Part shown: one piece after another, positions 1-8,649 of the stretch
Numbering within the stretch: position 1 is the first letter of the stretch
How the letters are laid out: every line of letters begins with the position of its first letter
DNA from: Bdellovibrionota bacterium
Lineage (GTDB): Bacteria; Bdellovibrionota_C; UBA2361; JBIKUX01
NCBI GenBank assembly: GCA_044347345.1
Contig: JBIKUX010000022.1
Span: 1-43,466, forward strand
Direction of reading: 5' to 3'
Length of the DNA stretch: 43,466 bases
Made by a program: the position numbers and the translations under genes
The notes under the pieces: generated by a model
Databases searched by the model: none
Told to the model about the DNA's origin: nothing
Seen by the model: the letters and a program-made list of their open reading frames with translations, nothing else

Positions 1-199
1 CATGAAGGTTTAACAGAACAAAAAGTCCCAAGAATTCTCAAACTTCACAAAAAAAATAAGCTCACTTATTAGCTAAAGAATCTCGTCGGTTTAAATTAAA
101 GAGTCCTATAGATTTTAAATCTTTATACTTAGTACGACTTAGTCACACCCATAACCTTCATAAACATTTTAAAAAACTATCTACAAAGTAAAAATTCTC

Positions 200-226
200 T
201 AAAGAATTTCTGATAAACACCGACCA
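200..226 (+). promoter_or_regulatory. Putative sigma28 (FliA)-type promoter upstream of flagellin-like gene
   Basis: TAAA(200-203)-N15-ACCGACCA(219-226), compared with consensus TAAA-N15-GCCGATAA; the same motif recurs upstream of the PilY1-like gene. Confidence 0.4.
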
Positions 227-351
227 TATAAGTGAGATAGAAAGAGGTCTTTAAAGTTAAAAGGGAAAATTAGTTTTTTGCTTTAAGAATCTAGGTATCT
301 CGGAACAGTTTTCTTATAGAAAGAATTTCCAAACATGGAAGTGGTGATATC

Positions 352-1158
352 ATGGATGGTAAAAATTTTTTTGCTCGCAATTCAGATGGCCTAAAAAACG
401 TGCCTATCAGCAAACCTCTAGGACAAGCTCGTCCCGTGTCTAGCTCATTTCTTTTCGCTTCCTCTCTCGAATCATTTAAATCTGAAGCCGTTATTATAGA
501 AACTAATTCTAGTAACTTTTCCCAAAGCAAAAATAGTGACGAGCTAGCGCGCACAAATCGATTAGCCTCAGCAACTAACTTGGCCAGTGAGGCTACTGAA
601 ACTATCAAGGAGCTAATATCAAGCTTAGAAGAGATAGTAGGTATTGCTACTTCTGATAAAGTACCCAACACTATAACTGAACTAGAAATAAAAGCTAATA
701 AGATCCTAAATGAAATAAACGCTAAAATTGAAAGTAGCGCGATTGTCCCTCAGACAGCATTGTTAGATGACAACATCAAATTTGAGCTCGAACAAGAATT
801 AGGTAAAACACTAGATTTTATTTTTTTAGAGGATACGAAAGATAACCTTGGAATTGGCTCAATCTCATTCGCGAGTAAAGACTCTATTATTAACACCGTC
901 TACAGCGTTCGCACTGCCCGAGAGCGAATTGATTCTTTCGCCAACTCCTTAGATGACTTACGAAATTCAATCGGAAGAAAGCTCAGTGAAAGAGAAGTAG
1001 CTCGCCAAAATATAGAGGCATCTGGGACTTCAGTGCGAGACCTCGAGGAGGCATTTACATTAGCTGAGATTACTAAAGAGTCTATCGGCAAAAATCCTTT
1101 ACTTGCTCTAGGTTCCGCTGGCAATTTTACCAAACGTGCACCTGACTTACTTAAATAG
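352..1158 (+). CDS. Divergent flagellin-like protein (268 aa)
   Basis: C-terminus NIEASGTSVRDLEEAFTLAEITKESIGKNPLLALGSAGNFTKRAPDLLK parallels the flagellin D0/D1 C-terminal pattern (NLxAAxSRIRDAD.AxE....K..IL.Q...A.LAQAN..P..VL.LL); helical, no Cys/Trp/His; N-terminal flagellin motif not recognisable. Confidence 0.6.
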   Translation: MDGKNFFARNSDGLKNVPISKPLGQARPVSSSFLFASSLESFKSEAVIIETNSSNFSQSKNSDELARTNRLASATNLASEATETIKELISSLEEIVGIATSDKVPNTITELEIKANKILNEINAKIESSAIVPQTALLDDNIKFELEQELGKTLDFIFLEDTKDNLGIGSISFASKDSIINTVYSVRTARERIDSFANSLDDLRNSIGRKLSEREVARQNIEASGTSVRDLEEAFTLAEITKESIGKNPLLALGSAGNFTKRAPDLLK

Positions 1159-1389
1159 AACTCCTGAATCAACAAACAGTGACCCTATAGTGGTGCTTTT
1201 TACTATAAAATGATAGCTTTCTGTTAAACAGAACAGAAAATATCGCAATTAACGAGAGTAAAAACTTGACTTGAGGCAGGCAAAACTAAAAATACACTTG
1301 TGCTGAGGCCAAGTTTTGCTTTTTCTGCCTGCTAAGCGTTTGAAACTCAAATCGTCAGAACAACAACTAATACAATTTTATCTTTACTT

Positions 1390-2784
1390 ATGCTTGATGG
1401 ATTAAGAGATAAATTCGACAAAGCTCTTCGCTCACTGAGAGGCAAATCAACGGTATCTCAAAAAGACATTGAAGATACAATGCGCGGCGTACGTTTAGCA
1501 CTACTGGAGGCAGATGTTAATTTTAAAGTCGCTAAAGACTTCTGTAATAAAGTCAGCGAAAAAGCTTTTGGTGAAGCTGTTTTAAAGAGCTTAAACGCTG
1601 AACAGCAGATTATAAAAATCGTCCACGACGAACTCATTCTTATAATGGGAGGTCAAACCTCTCCTATATCATTTTCGTCAAACCCACCCACCGTTATTTT
1701 ATTAGTAGGATTACAAGGTTCAGGTAAGACCACTTCTGCAGCGAAATTAGCACTTCATTTTCGAAGAGAATTCTCGAAAACTCCATTTCTTGTTCCTGCT
1801 GACGTATACCGACCAGCGGCTATCACTCAACTTATTACACTTGGGAAACAACTTTCCATACCAGTTTTTCCCTCAAGTTCTACTAACACTCCTCAAGAAA
1901 TTGTCACACAAGCAGTAAGCGAAGGGCGAAAAAAAGGCTTTGATACAATTATTATAGATACAGCAGGTCGTCTTCAAGTTGATGATAATCTAATGAACGA
2001 ACTCACAGATATTGTTCAGATTACTCAACCTCATTGGATTTACTTAGTTGTTGATGCAATGACTGGACAAGAAGCAGTAAACGTAGCTACTGGATTTAAA
2101 AAGTCGGTACCACTCAACGGTCTAATTCTCACAAAAATGGATGGGGATGCACGAGGAGGAGCTGCATTATCTGTAAGAGCAGTAACTGAGATACCAATAG
2201 CTTTTATCGGGGTGGGAGAAAAACCAGATAATTTAGAACGTTTTCATCCAGAGCGATTAGCATCCAGAATTCTGGGAATGGGAGACATGCTGTCTCTTAT
2301 TGAAAAAGCCCAAAGAGAAGTGTCAGTAGAGGAAGCGGCTAATCTCGAAAAAAAACTTCGAAAAAATTCATTCACACTTGAGGACTTTCTCGGTCAGCTT
2401 CGAATGATCAAGAGATTAGGAAGTATCGGATCTCTTGCCAGTATGATTCCTGGTATGGCAAAGGTTATTGATGAAGAGAAAACAGCACTCGCCGAAAAAG
2501 AAATGAAAAAGATTGAGGCGATTATTCTCTCAATGACACCTAAAGAGCGTCAGAATCATCAAATTTTAGATGGTAGTCGTCGCAAACGGATTGCCCAAGG
2601 ATCCGGTACCAAAGTTGAAGATGTAAACAAGCTTCTTAAGCAGTATCTAGAAATGCGAAAAATGATGTCTGCGGTAGCTCAAGGAGGCTTAGGCAGCCTG
2701 TTAGGCAAGGCCGGACTAATGAAGAAAGCCGGACAAATGAAAATTCCAAAAATAAGAGGTAAAAGTGGTTTATCTAGTTTTTAG
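1390..2784 (+). CDS. ffh: Signal recognition particle protein Ffh
   Basis: ALLEADV, GLQGSGKTT, DTAGR, TKMDGDARGGAALS, RILGMGD, Met-rich M domain. Confidence 0.98.
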   Translation: MLDGLRDKFDKALRSLRGKSTVSQKDIEDTMRGVRLALLEADVNFKVAKDFCNKVSEKAFGEAVLKSLNAEQQIIKIVHDELILIMGGQTSPISFSSNPPTVILLVGLQGSGKTTSAAKLALHFRREFSKTPFLVPADVYRPAAITQLITLGKQLSIPVFPSSSTNTPQEIVTQAVSEGRKKGFDTIIIDTAGRLQVDDNLMNELTDIVQITQPHWIYLVVDAMTGQEAVNVATGFKKSVPLNGLILTKMDGDARGGAALSVRAVTEIPIAFIGVGEKPDNLERFHPERLASRILGMGDMLSLIEKAQREVSVEEAANLEKKLRKNSFTLEDFLGQLRMIKRLGSIGSLASMIPGMAKVIDEEKTALAEKEMKKIEAIILSMTPKERQNHQILDGSRRKRIAQGSGTKVEDVNKLLKQYLEMRKMMSAVAQGGLGSLLGKAGLMKKAGQMKIPKIRGKSGLSSF

Positions 2785-3186
2785 TAAGCTACTTAGTTCT
2801 TCATATTTTTTCATTACTCTTGCGACATAGGTTTGGCAATTTCTAAAAAATCCTCCATACCATTTCGGGTTTCTAGTCGAGTTTATAGCTGTGCGCAAAG
2901 TATCCCCATCGAGACAAGGACTATCAACATAATATTGATGCTTTGAAACATCCTCACTAAAAAGGCCTCTCACCCCAAACCCTATATTGTCGCCACTTTG
3001 ATTAAAATAAAAATGCTCATGCGACCATTCTTTGTTTAATCTATCTAAGAAGCTACCATTGCGAGTGTCAGACCACCCTGGTACCCAAACCGACCATGAA
3101 AGAGGTCGCTTTACAACATAGGCACACTCTCCCCCTAGGTAACTTTTATTGCCAGCTATATTTTGTAACGAACTCATCTTTACCAC
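2770..3186 (-). CDS. Small protein with permuted papain-like (PPPDE/LRAT-type) His...Cys signature
   Basis: HEHFYF...NIGF...RNCQTYV arrangement (His upstream, NC downstream); GAGGAG SD-like sequence upstream; co-oriented downstream of metG; 15-nt tail overlap with ffh. Confidence 0.5.
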   Translation of the reverse strand: MVKMSSLQNIAGNKSYLGGECAYVVKRPLSWSVWVPGWSDTRNGSFLDRLNKEWSHEHFYFNQSGDNIGFGVRGLFSEDVSKHQYYVDSPCLDGDTLRTAINSTRNPKWYGGFFRNCQTYVARVMKKYEELSSLLKTR

Positions 3187-3237
3187 TACTCCTCATTTTT
3201 CGCAGATTTAATCTTAAAAAAAGAAGAGTCGTATCGA

Positions 3238-4836
3238 CTAAGCTAAAGTTTCCGTTTCAACGTGCTCAATTTTTGGAAAAAGAGGCTCTCCAACTCTAAG
3301 GATACTACCGGATGCCAACTGACCCCACATTAGACTGTCAACAGAGAAAGATAAATTTGCATTTAAACGATTCATCAACTCAGCCATCTTTGTTGGCATA
3401 ACCGGACTTAAAAGTAATCCAGCTAAACGCATCACTTCTAAACTGCACCATAAGGTCTCAGCGGCCTTATCTCGGTCACTTGAAATTGCTTTCCAAGGAG
3501 CCATCTCATTCATATACTGGTTCGCTTTAGTCACAAGAGCCATAATTGTTTCCATGGCAAGATCAGGCGAATAGTTTTCAATCTGTTCTAGTACTAGTGC
3601 AACTGTCTTTTTAGCAAAACCTGCAAGCTCCTCAGAAGCAGCTCCTAACGTTGCTCTCACTGACGGAATTGTACCCTCAAAATGCTTTGTAATTAAGCCA
3701 GAGGTTCTACTTAATAGATTACCCAGATTATTGGCAAGGTCTGCATTTATGCGGTTAATTGCTTCTTGCTCATCAAACAAGGCATCTTGCCCCAATCGCA
3801 TACCACGTACAAGAAAATACCTTAGAGCATCAACTCCAAATACTTCTTTCATACTAAGAGGGTCAACAACCTTTCCCTCGCTCTTACTCATTTTTCCACC
3901 ACCGGAAGTTAACCACCAACCATGAGCGATAATTCGCTCTGGAAGAGAAATTCCCAATGCCATAAGCATAGTCGGCCAATAAACAGCATGAGGAATCAGG
4001 ATGTCTTTTCCAATTAGGTGCACTACCCTACTCCACCATCTACTAAAATCTTTGGTGCGGTTAGATTGCATGTACCCTATCGCTGATACATAGTTAAGTA
4101 GAGCGTCAAACCATACATAAGTTACAAAATCTGTATCGAAGGGCAGAGGTATTCCCCAGTCTAACCTGGCTTTTGGACGACTAATACAGAGATCTCCCAA
4201 AGGTTGCTTTAAAAAACCTAGCACCTCATTCGCTCTAGTTTCTGGATATATCCAACCACGGTTTTGATTGAGGTATTCAATTAACCTTTCCTGATAAGCA
4301 GACATGCGAAAAAAATAATTAGTTTCCTTGATACGTACGAGTGGTTTACCAGATGGACTCTTTCCATCTATTACATCTTTTTCAGGGTAAAAAATCTCCT
4401 CAGAAATAGAATACCACCCTTCGTATTCTTTTTTATAAATATCACCTTGAGTAAATAGCTTCTGTAAGGCTAGTCCAACAACATCTTTATGAAAGGTAAA
4501 AGTTGTACGCATGAAGATATCGTAATCAATGCCAAGCTCCTCCCAAGCCTTAGTAAAATTTTTTACCATTTCATCGACATGTTGCTGAGGCTCAAGCGAC
4601 CGAGCTCTTGCAGCATCAGCTACCTTCTGACCGTGTTCATCAGTACCAGTTAATAAAAAAGTCTGCTCGCCAAATAGTCGATGATAACGGCGCAGTACAT
4701 CGGCAATTATTGTAGAATATGCGTGACCTATATGTGGTTTATCATTTACGTAGTAGATGGGAGTTGTAATATAAAAAGAACGGGTCTCTGTATCTTGTAT
4801 CCTACTCTCAGTAAATTCTGCCCCTAACACTGTCAT
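3238..4836 (-). CDS. metG: Methionyl-tRNA synthetase (short form, no C-terminal tRNA-binding domain)
   Basis: YITTPIYYVN, HIGH, GTDEHGQK, YVWFDAL, KMSKS. Confidence 0.97.
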   Translation of the reverse strand: MTVLGAEFTESRIQDTETRSFYITTPIYYVNDKPHIGHAYSTIIADVLRRYHRLFGEQTFLLTGTDEHGQKVADAARARSLEPQQHVDEMVKNFTKAWEELGIDYDIFMRTTFTFHKDVVGLALQKLFTQGDIYKKEYEGWYSISEEIFYPEKDVIDGKSPSGKPLVRIKETNYFFRMSAYQERLIEYLNQNRGWIYPETRANEVLGFLKQPLGDLCISRPKARLDWGIPLPFDTDFVTYVWFDALLNYVSAIGYMQSNRTKDFSRWWSRVVHLIGKDILIPHAVYWPTMLMALGISLPERIIAHGWWLTSGGGKMSKSEGKVVDPLSMKEVFGVDALRYFLVRGMRLGQDALFDEQEAINRINADLANNLGNLLSRTSGLITKHFEGTIPSVRATLGAASEELAGFAKKTVALVLEQIENYSPDLAMETIMALVTKANQYMNEMAPWKAISSDRDKAAETLWCSLEVMRLAGLLLSPVMPTKMAELMNRLNANLSFSVDSLMWGQLASGSILRVGEPLFPKIEHVETETLA

Positions 4837-5079
4837 AATGTCCTAATTTGTGCTGTTTTAACTTCTTGTTTCAAACAGTAAAAGATATTTACCTGTTTTC
4901 AGTGCTTACGATGGTACCTTAATTTTAATAATTTATCGCTAGCCCTAATGTAAGGTGCAACACTTTAACTCTAAAAATACTTTTTTAATTTTTTATTTGA
5001 ACCGCTGCATCGTAACTAGCTTATAAATATCATGAGTCAAAACTTAGGATCAGTCTCCCTTCTTCGCTACGATCTAAAG

Positions 5080-5215
5080 TGAACCGCAAAAATCGTAAAA
5101 CAGGTAATAAGACAAAGAGTACTGAAAGGGGGGAAGAAATTATGGTGTGAGATATAGAAGTAAGTTCAATGCGAAAATTGCACTTGAGGCTCTCAAGAAG
5201 GATGGAGATAGGTTG
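5080..5215 (+). mobile_element. IS3-family remnant, 5' end (OrfA N-terminus)
   Basis: Begins TGAACCGC (IS3-like TG end), purine-rich SD, then RYRSKFNAKIALEALK resembling IS3 OrfA 'RKxSAEFKAKVALEALK'; similarity is lost after about 20 codons. Confidence 0.55.
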
Positions 5216-5635
5216 CTTAAATATTCAAGTTTAATTCTTAAAAAAATCTTTAGCTGCCTTAAGCCGACGCGCTTAGCTTGCGCGTCGCGTCATGACAATA
5301 TGACTTATATTCTTCTGGTTATAGTTTTTTTCTAGCCGACTTTTTTCTGCCGTAGATTTTGGGGTGATTATTTCTTAGTAAGGCGTTGCCGTCGTTTTGC
5401 TGAGCCACAATCTCCAAACGACGAAGTATTGTCTAGGAGCCATCTGTTTAGCGCGTAGCCCAGGTGTGCGGGCTAACCTGTTGTTGTGTTGCCGATTCTA
5501 AATGGTATAATCCTCCAACAAAAAGAGCTGGAGGAAAGCCTGAGTCGGTACTCGTTCTATTAGAACAAGTCTCCTTTGTTTCACCACCCTCATGTGTAAC
5601 CACTGTCAGTCGCGCGGTTTGACTTAAGGAGTCCA

Positions 5636-6454
5636 TTGATGTCTGGTTTAGACGGTCAGTTTCTCGCCCTTCTTATTCTAATCGGTATCGCGAGTGCGTT
5701 TGGTAGCCCCCACTGCGCAGTAATGTGTGGCGGGATATTCCTTAACGCGCAGGCGTTCAGCTCGGGAACGGTGCGACAGTTTAGAGTATCCCGCTCGGTG
5801 GGGTATCACTTTGGACGGCTCTTAAGCTATCTAACGCTCGGAGTCATTGCAGGTGCGCTTGGTAACCGCATCCTCACTAGCTCGTTCGGTGATTACCTCA
5901 CTGGCGCAAGTGCACTACTTTTTATCGGTGCAGGAATGAACCTGTTGCTCGATCGAAAGCGAGGAGTTAAGGGTATCACCTTTATTCATCATTTAACCGG
6001 GGTGGCATACCGCTTTATCTACGAGAAGAGTCTACAATCGCTTAAGCCGGTCCTGCTCGGTGTTTTGAGTGGTATTCTCCCATGTGGATGGCTTCATCTC
6101 TATGTGTTTGGAGCAGTACTCCTTGCACACCCCCTGTACAGCCCCCTCTTCCTTTTCGCTTTTTGGCTCGGAACTATTCCTATCTTTCACCTTCTCTCGG
6201 GTGTGACTAGTTTCTTAGCCGCCAAGGGGGTAGTGGGACGTAAGCTAGCTGGCGTAGCACTTGTGGTGTATGGCCTGTTTTTGCCAATTGTCCGGCTCAC
6301 TGAATTCGGGCATTCGATGGTCAGTTCGTTTATTGCACATGGACCGCAATTAGTGGAGCTAGGTCTTCGTGATCGTACGGGTACTGGAGTTTCAGTGGAT
6401 ACGTTTCCTCCGTTATGCCTTTCTCAATATCGAGAGGGATCAGTGCCAAAATAA
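5636..6454 (+). CDS. DsbD_2 / sulfite exporter TauE-SafE-like membrane protein (cbb3 accessory)
   Basis: SPHCAVMCGG and GILPCGWLH motifs, YHFGRLLSY, multiple TM helices; AAGGAG SD; this family commonly neighbours cco genes. Confidence 0.8.
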   Translation: MMSGLDGQFLALLILIGIASAFGSPHCAVMCGGIFLNAQAFSSGTVRQFRVSRSVGYHFGRLLSYLTLGVIAGALGNRILTSSFGDYLTGASALLFIGAGMNLLLDRKRGVKGITFIHHLTGVAYRFIYEKSLQSLKPVLLGVLSGILPCGWLHLYVFGAVLLAHPLYSPLFLFAFWLGTIPIFHLLSGVTSFLAAKGVVGRKLAGVALVVYGLFLPIVRLTEFGHSMVSSFIAHGPQLVELGLRDRTGTGVSVDTFPPLCLSQYREGSVPK

Positions 6455-6476
6455 CGTAAAACGATGAACCGACTCT

Positions 6477-8042
6477 TTGGATACTTTTATGATTAGTACG
6501 TTTTCTCTCTTGATGGCGTTAAGCCTTATTTTCTCTGTCGGGGCGCTTTTTTTCCTTATCTGGTCGATATCAGCTTCGCAATTTGAGATGGGTCCCTCCA
6601 AAGCGATGGTAATTTTTGACCCGAACCATATAACGGGGACAACCGAAAACCATGCTCCGATTGAAGAAAGAGCACTCTTGCGCGAGCTTGACCAGTCGTC
6701 ATGCCACCCGTCCTGGTATCTCATCTTCTCCTCAGTGGTGTGGCTTCTTATCGGTTCCGTCTTTGGCGTCATCACATCGTTTAAGTTCCACTACCCTGAT
6801 TGGCTAACTAATCTACCAGCACTCACCTTCGGCCGGTTGCGGCCGCTTCATCTTAACACCGTGACTTACGGATGGCTCTCTCAGAGTGGGATGGGGATTG
6901 CCCTCTGGCTCATCCCTCGTCTAACTCGCCGAACGCTTGTCGGAGCTCATTACTCTATTATTGGAACCCATCTGTGGAACTTTGCTATGGTCATCGGTAC
7001 CGTCGCTCTATTTTCTGGCTGGACCGACGGCGTGGAGTGGCTCGAATATCCGTGGGTTACGGATGGCCTGTTTGTAATCGGTGGAGCACTGGTAGGCATT
7101 CCGGTTTTGCTCACTATAGCCCAGCGTCGCGTTCACCATCTTTACGTCTCGGTATGGTACATCGGTGCCGCGTTCGTTTGGTTCCCGTTTCTATTTTTTA
7201 TTTCAAACCTTCCTGTATTTTACGGGGCACAGCATGCCATGGTGAACTGGTGGTATGCACACAACGTGCTGGGTTTGTGGCTCACCCCACTTGGTTTAGC
7301 CGCTGCATATTATCTGATACCAAAAGTGCTCGGTCGACCAATCCATTCGTACTACCTATCGCTCATCGGTTTTTGGAGTCTGGCACTATTCTACAGTCAG
7401 GTCGGTATTCATCACCTTATCGGAGGACCAGTCCCAACATGGCTTGTTACACTCTCGGTGGTTACATCCGTAATGATGATTATTCCAGTCGTGGCCGTCG
7501 CCGTAAATCATCATTTGACGGTGGGAAAACGGTTCTGGATTATGAAACGATCCCCAACGCTCCGGTTTATCATCCCTGGGTCAATGTTCTACACAATCGT
7601 TTCAGCACAAGGGTCGCTCATGGCACTGCGCTCTGTAAATCAGGTGACTCATTTTACTCATTATACTATCGCACATGCCCATCTTGGGGTGTACGGGTTC
7701 TATTCGCTCATCATGTTTGGAGCGTGTTACTTTGCCCTCCCTCGAATGCTCTGCAAGGAGTGGCCTTCGCGATGGTTAGTGTCACTTCATTTCTGGTCGG
7801 TGCTTTTAGGGATCTCTATCTACGTCATTTCTCTCTCAATCGGCGGGGTGCGTCAGGGACAAGCGATGCTCGACCCGTCGGTAAGTTTTAGTGAAACGGT
7901 CAGGATTACAAAACCATACCTCTGGGGACGAACTGTAGGTGGCTCGCTAATGACCTTGGGGCATTTTCTGTTTTTTTTCCATATTCTCCTCCTTATGAAC
8001 CAGCAACCTGTTACTACTGGGGAGAACCCTCGCGATGGTTAA
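6477..8042 (+). CDS. ccoN: cbb3-type cytochrome c oxidase subunit I with N-terminal CcoS-like segment
   Basis: FGRLRPLHLN (heme b His), WWYAHNVLG (CuB His), FYSQVGIHH (cross-link Tyr plus CuB His pair), TIAHAHLG (heme ligands). Confidence 0.93.
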   Translation: MDTFMISTFSLLMALSLIFSVGALFFLIWSISASQFEMGPSKAMVIFDPNHITGTTENHAPIEERALLRELDQSSCHPSWYLIFSSVVWLLIGSVFGVITSFKFHYPDWLTNLPALTFGRLRPLHLNTVTYGWLSQSGMGIALWLIPRLTRRTLVGAHYSIIGTHLWNFAMVIGTVALFSGWTDGVEWLEYPWVTDGLFVIGGALVGIPVLLTIAQRRVHHLYVSVWYIGAAFVWFPFLFFISNLPVFYGAQHAMVNWWYAHNVLGLWLTPLGLAAAYYLIPKVLGRPIHSYYLSLIGFWSLALFYSQVGIHHLIGGPVPTWLVTLSVVTSVMMIIPVVAVAVNHHLTVGKRFWIMKRSPTLRFIIPGSMFYTIVSAQGSLMALRSVNQVTHFTHYTIAHAHLGVYGFYSLIMFGACYFALPRMLCKEWPSRWLVSLHFWSVLLGISIYVISLSIGGVRQGQAMLDPSVSFSETVRITKPYLWGRTVGGSLMTLGHFLFFFHILLLMNQQPVTTGENPRDG

Positions 8043-8649
8043 GCAGATCGGTTTTATCGTCACCGCCCTCGGAATCCTCGCCTTCGCTGCGATGACATTA
8101 GTGCTAATTCCCTCGATTCAACTCTCAAGGCAGCCAGCAGAGGAGGCCTTACGTGAGTACTCACCGCAAGAGCTAAAGGGACGATGGGTGTATATCGAAA
8201 GTGGCTGTATGTATTGCCACAGTCAACAGCCACGGGATCCCTCTTTTGGCAGCGACCAAGCACGCAATTGGGGGAGAGCCTCAACGCCGGGTGACTATGC
8301 ATATGACTTCCCTCATCTGTTAGGAACAATGAGGACAGGTCCCGACTTACTGAACATCGGAGTTCGTCAACCAAGTGATGACTGGCATCTTCTTCATCTC
8401 TATCAGCCTAGGGCGGTGCTCCCCGAGTCACTGATGCCAGCATTCCCATATCTTTTTCAACATAAATCAGTTGTAGAAGCAGGAGAACGTATAGTTACCG
8501 TTCCTGAACGGTGGATCAGCGAAAAGCATCGAGGAAAAAAAGTAGTAGCGGGACAAAAGGTGCTCGACTTGGTGGCTTATCTAAAGAGCCTACGGCGCGT
8601 CTATCCTTCAACTCAACGGCCGATAAAGGAGAAAAAGACCCATGAATGA
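8035..8649 (+). CDS. ccoO: cbb3-type cytochrome c oxidase subunit II (monoheme)
   Basis: N-terminal TM, GCMYCHSQ, GTMRTGPDL, WHLLHLYQPR, SLMPAF; 8-nt overlap with ccoN. Confidence 0.93.
   Translation: MVKQIGFIVTALGILAFAAMTLVLIPSIQLSRQPAEEALREYSPQELKGRWVYIESGCMYCHSQQPRDPSFGSDQARNWGRASTPGDYAYDFPHLLGTMRTGPDLLNIGVRQPSDDWHLLHLYQPRAVLPESLMPAFPYLFQHKSVVEAGERIVTVPERWISEKHRGKKVVAGQKVLDLVAYLKSLRRVYPSTQRPIKEKKTHE

Noticed and set aside
3238-4836. MetRS lacking zinc-knuckle cysteines and the C-terminal domain
   Set aside because: Known, common MetRS subtype
4889-5107. Short inverted match TTACCTGTTTT / AAAACAGGTAA and a second TGAACCGC at 4998 as IS ends
   Set aside because: Only 8-11 bp in AT-rich DNA; no convincing terminal inverted repeat pair or target duplication could be defined
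5265-5287. GC-rich hairpin CGACGCGC-N7-GCGCGTCG near the island's left edge
   Set aside because: No U-tract and no recognisable RNA family; function cannot be supported
5147-5335. 62-aa ORF as a functional gene
   Set aside because: Only the first ~20 codons resemble IS3 OrfA; treated as an IS remnant
6872-7891. 339-aa same-strand ORF overlapping ccoN in another frame
   Set aside because: No recognisable motifs; a GC-richer membrane-protein gene poor in Lys/Asn/Asp/Glu codons naturally yields few stops in this shifted frame
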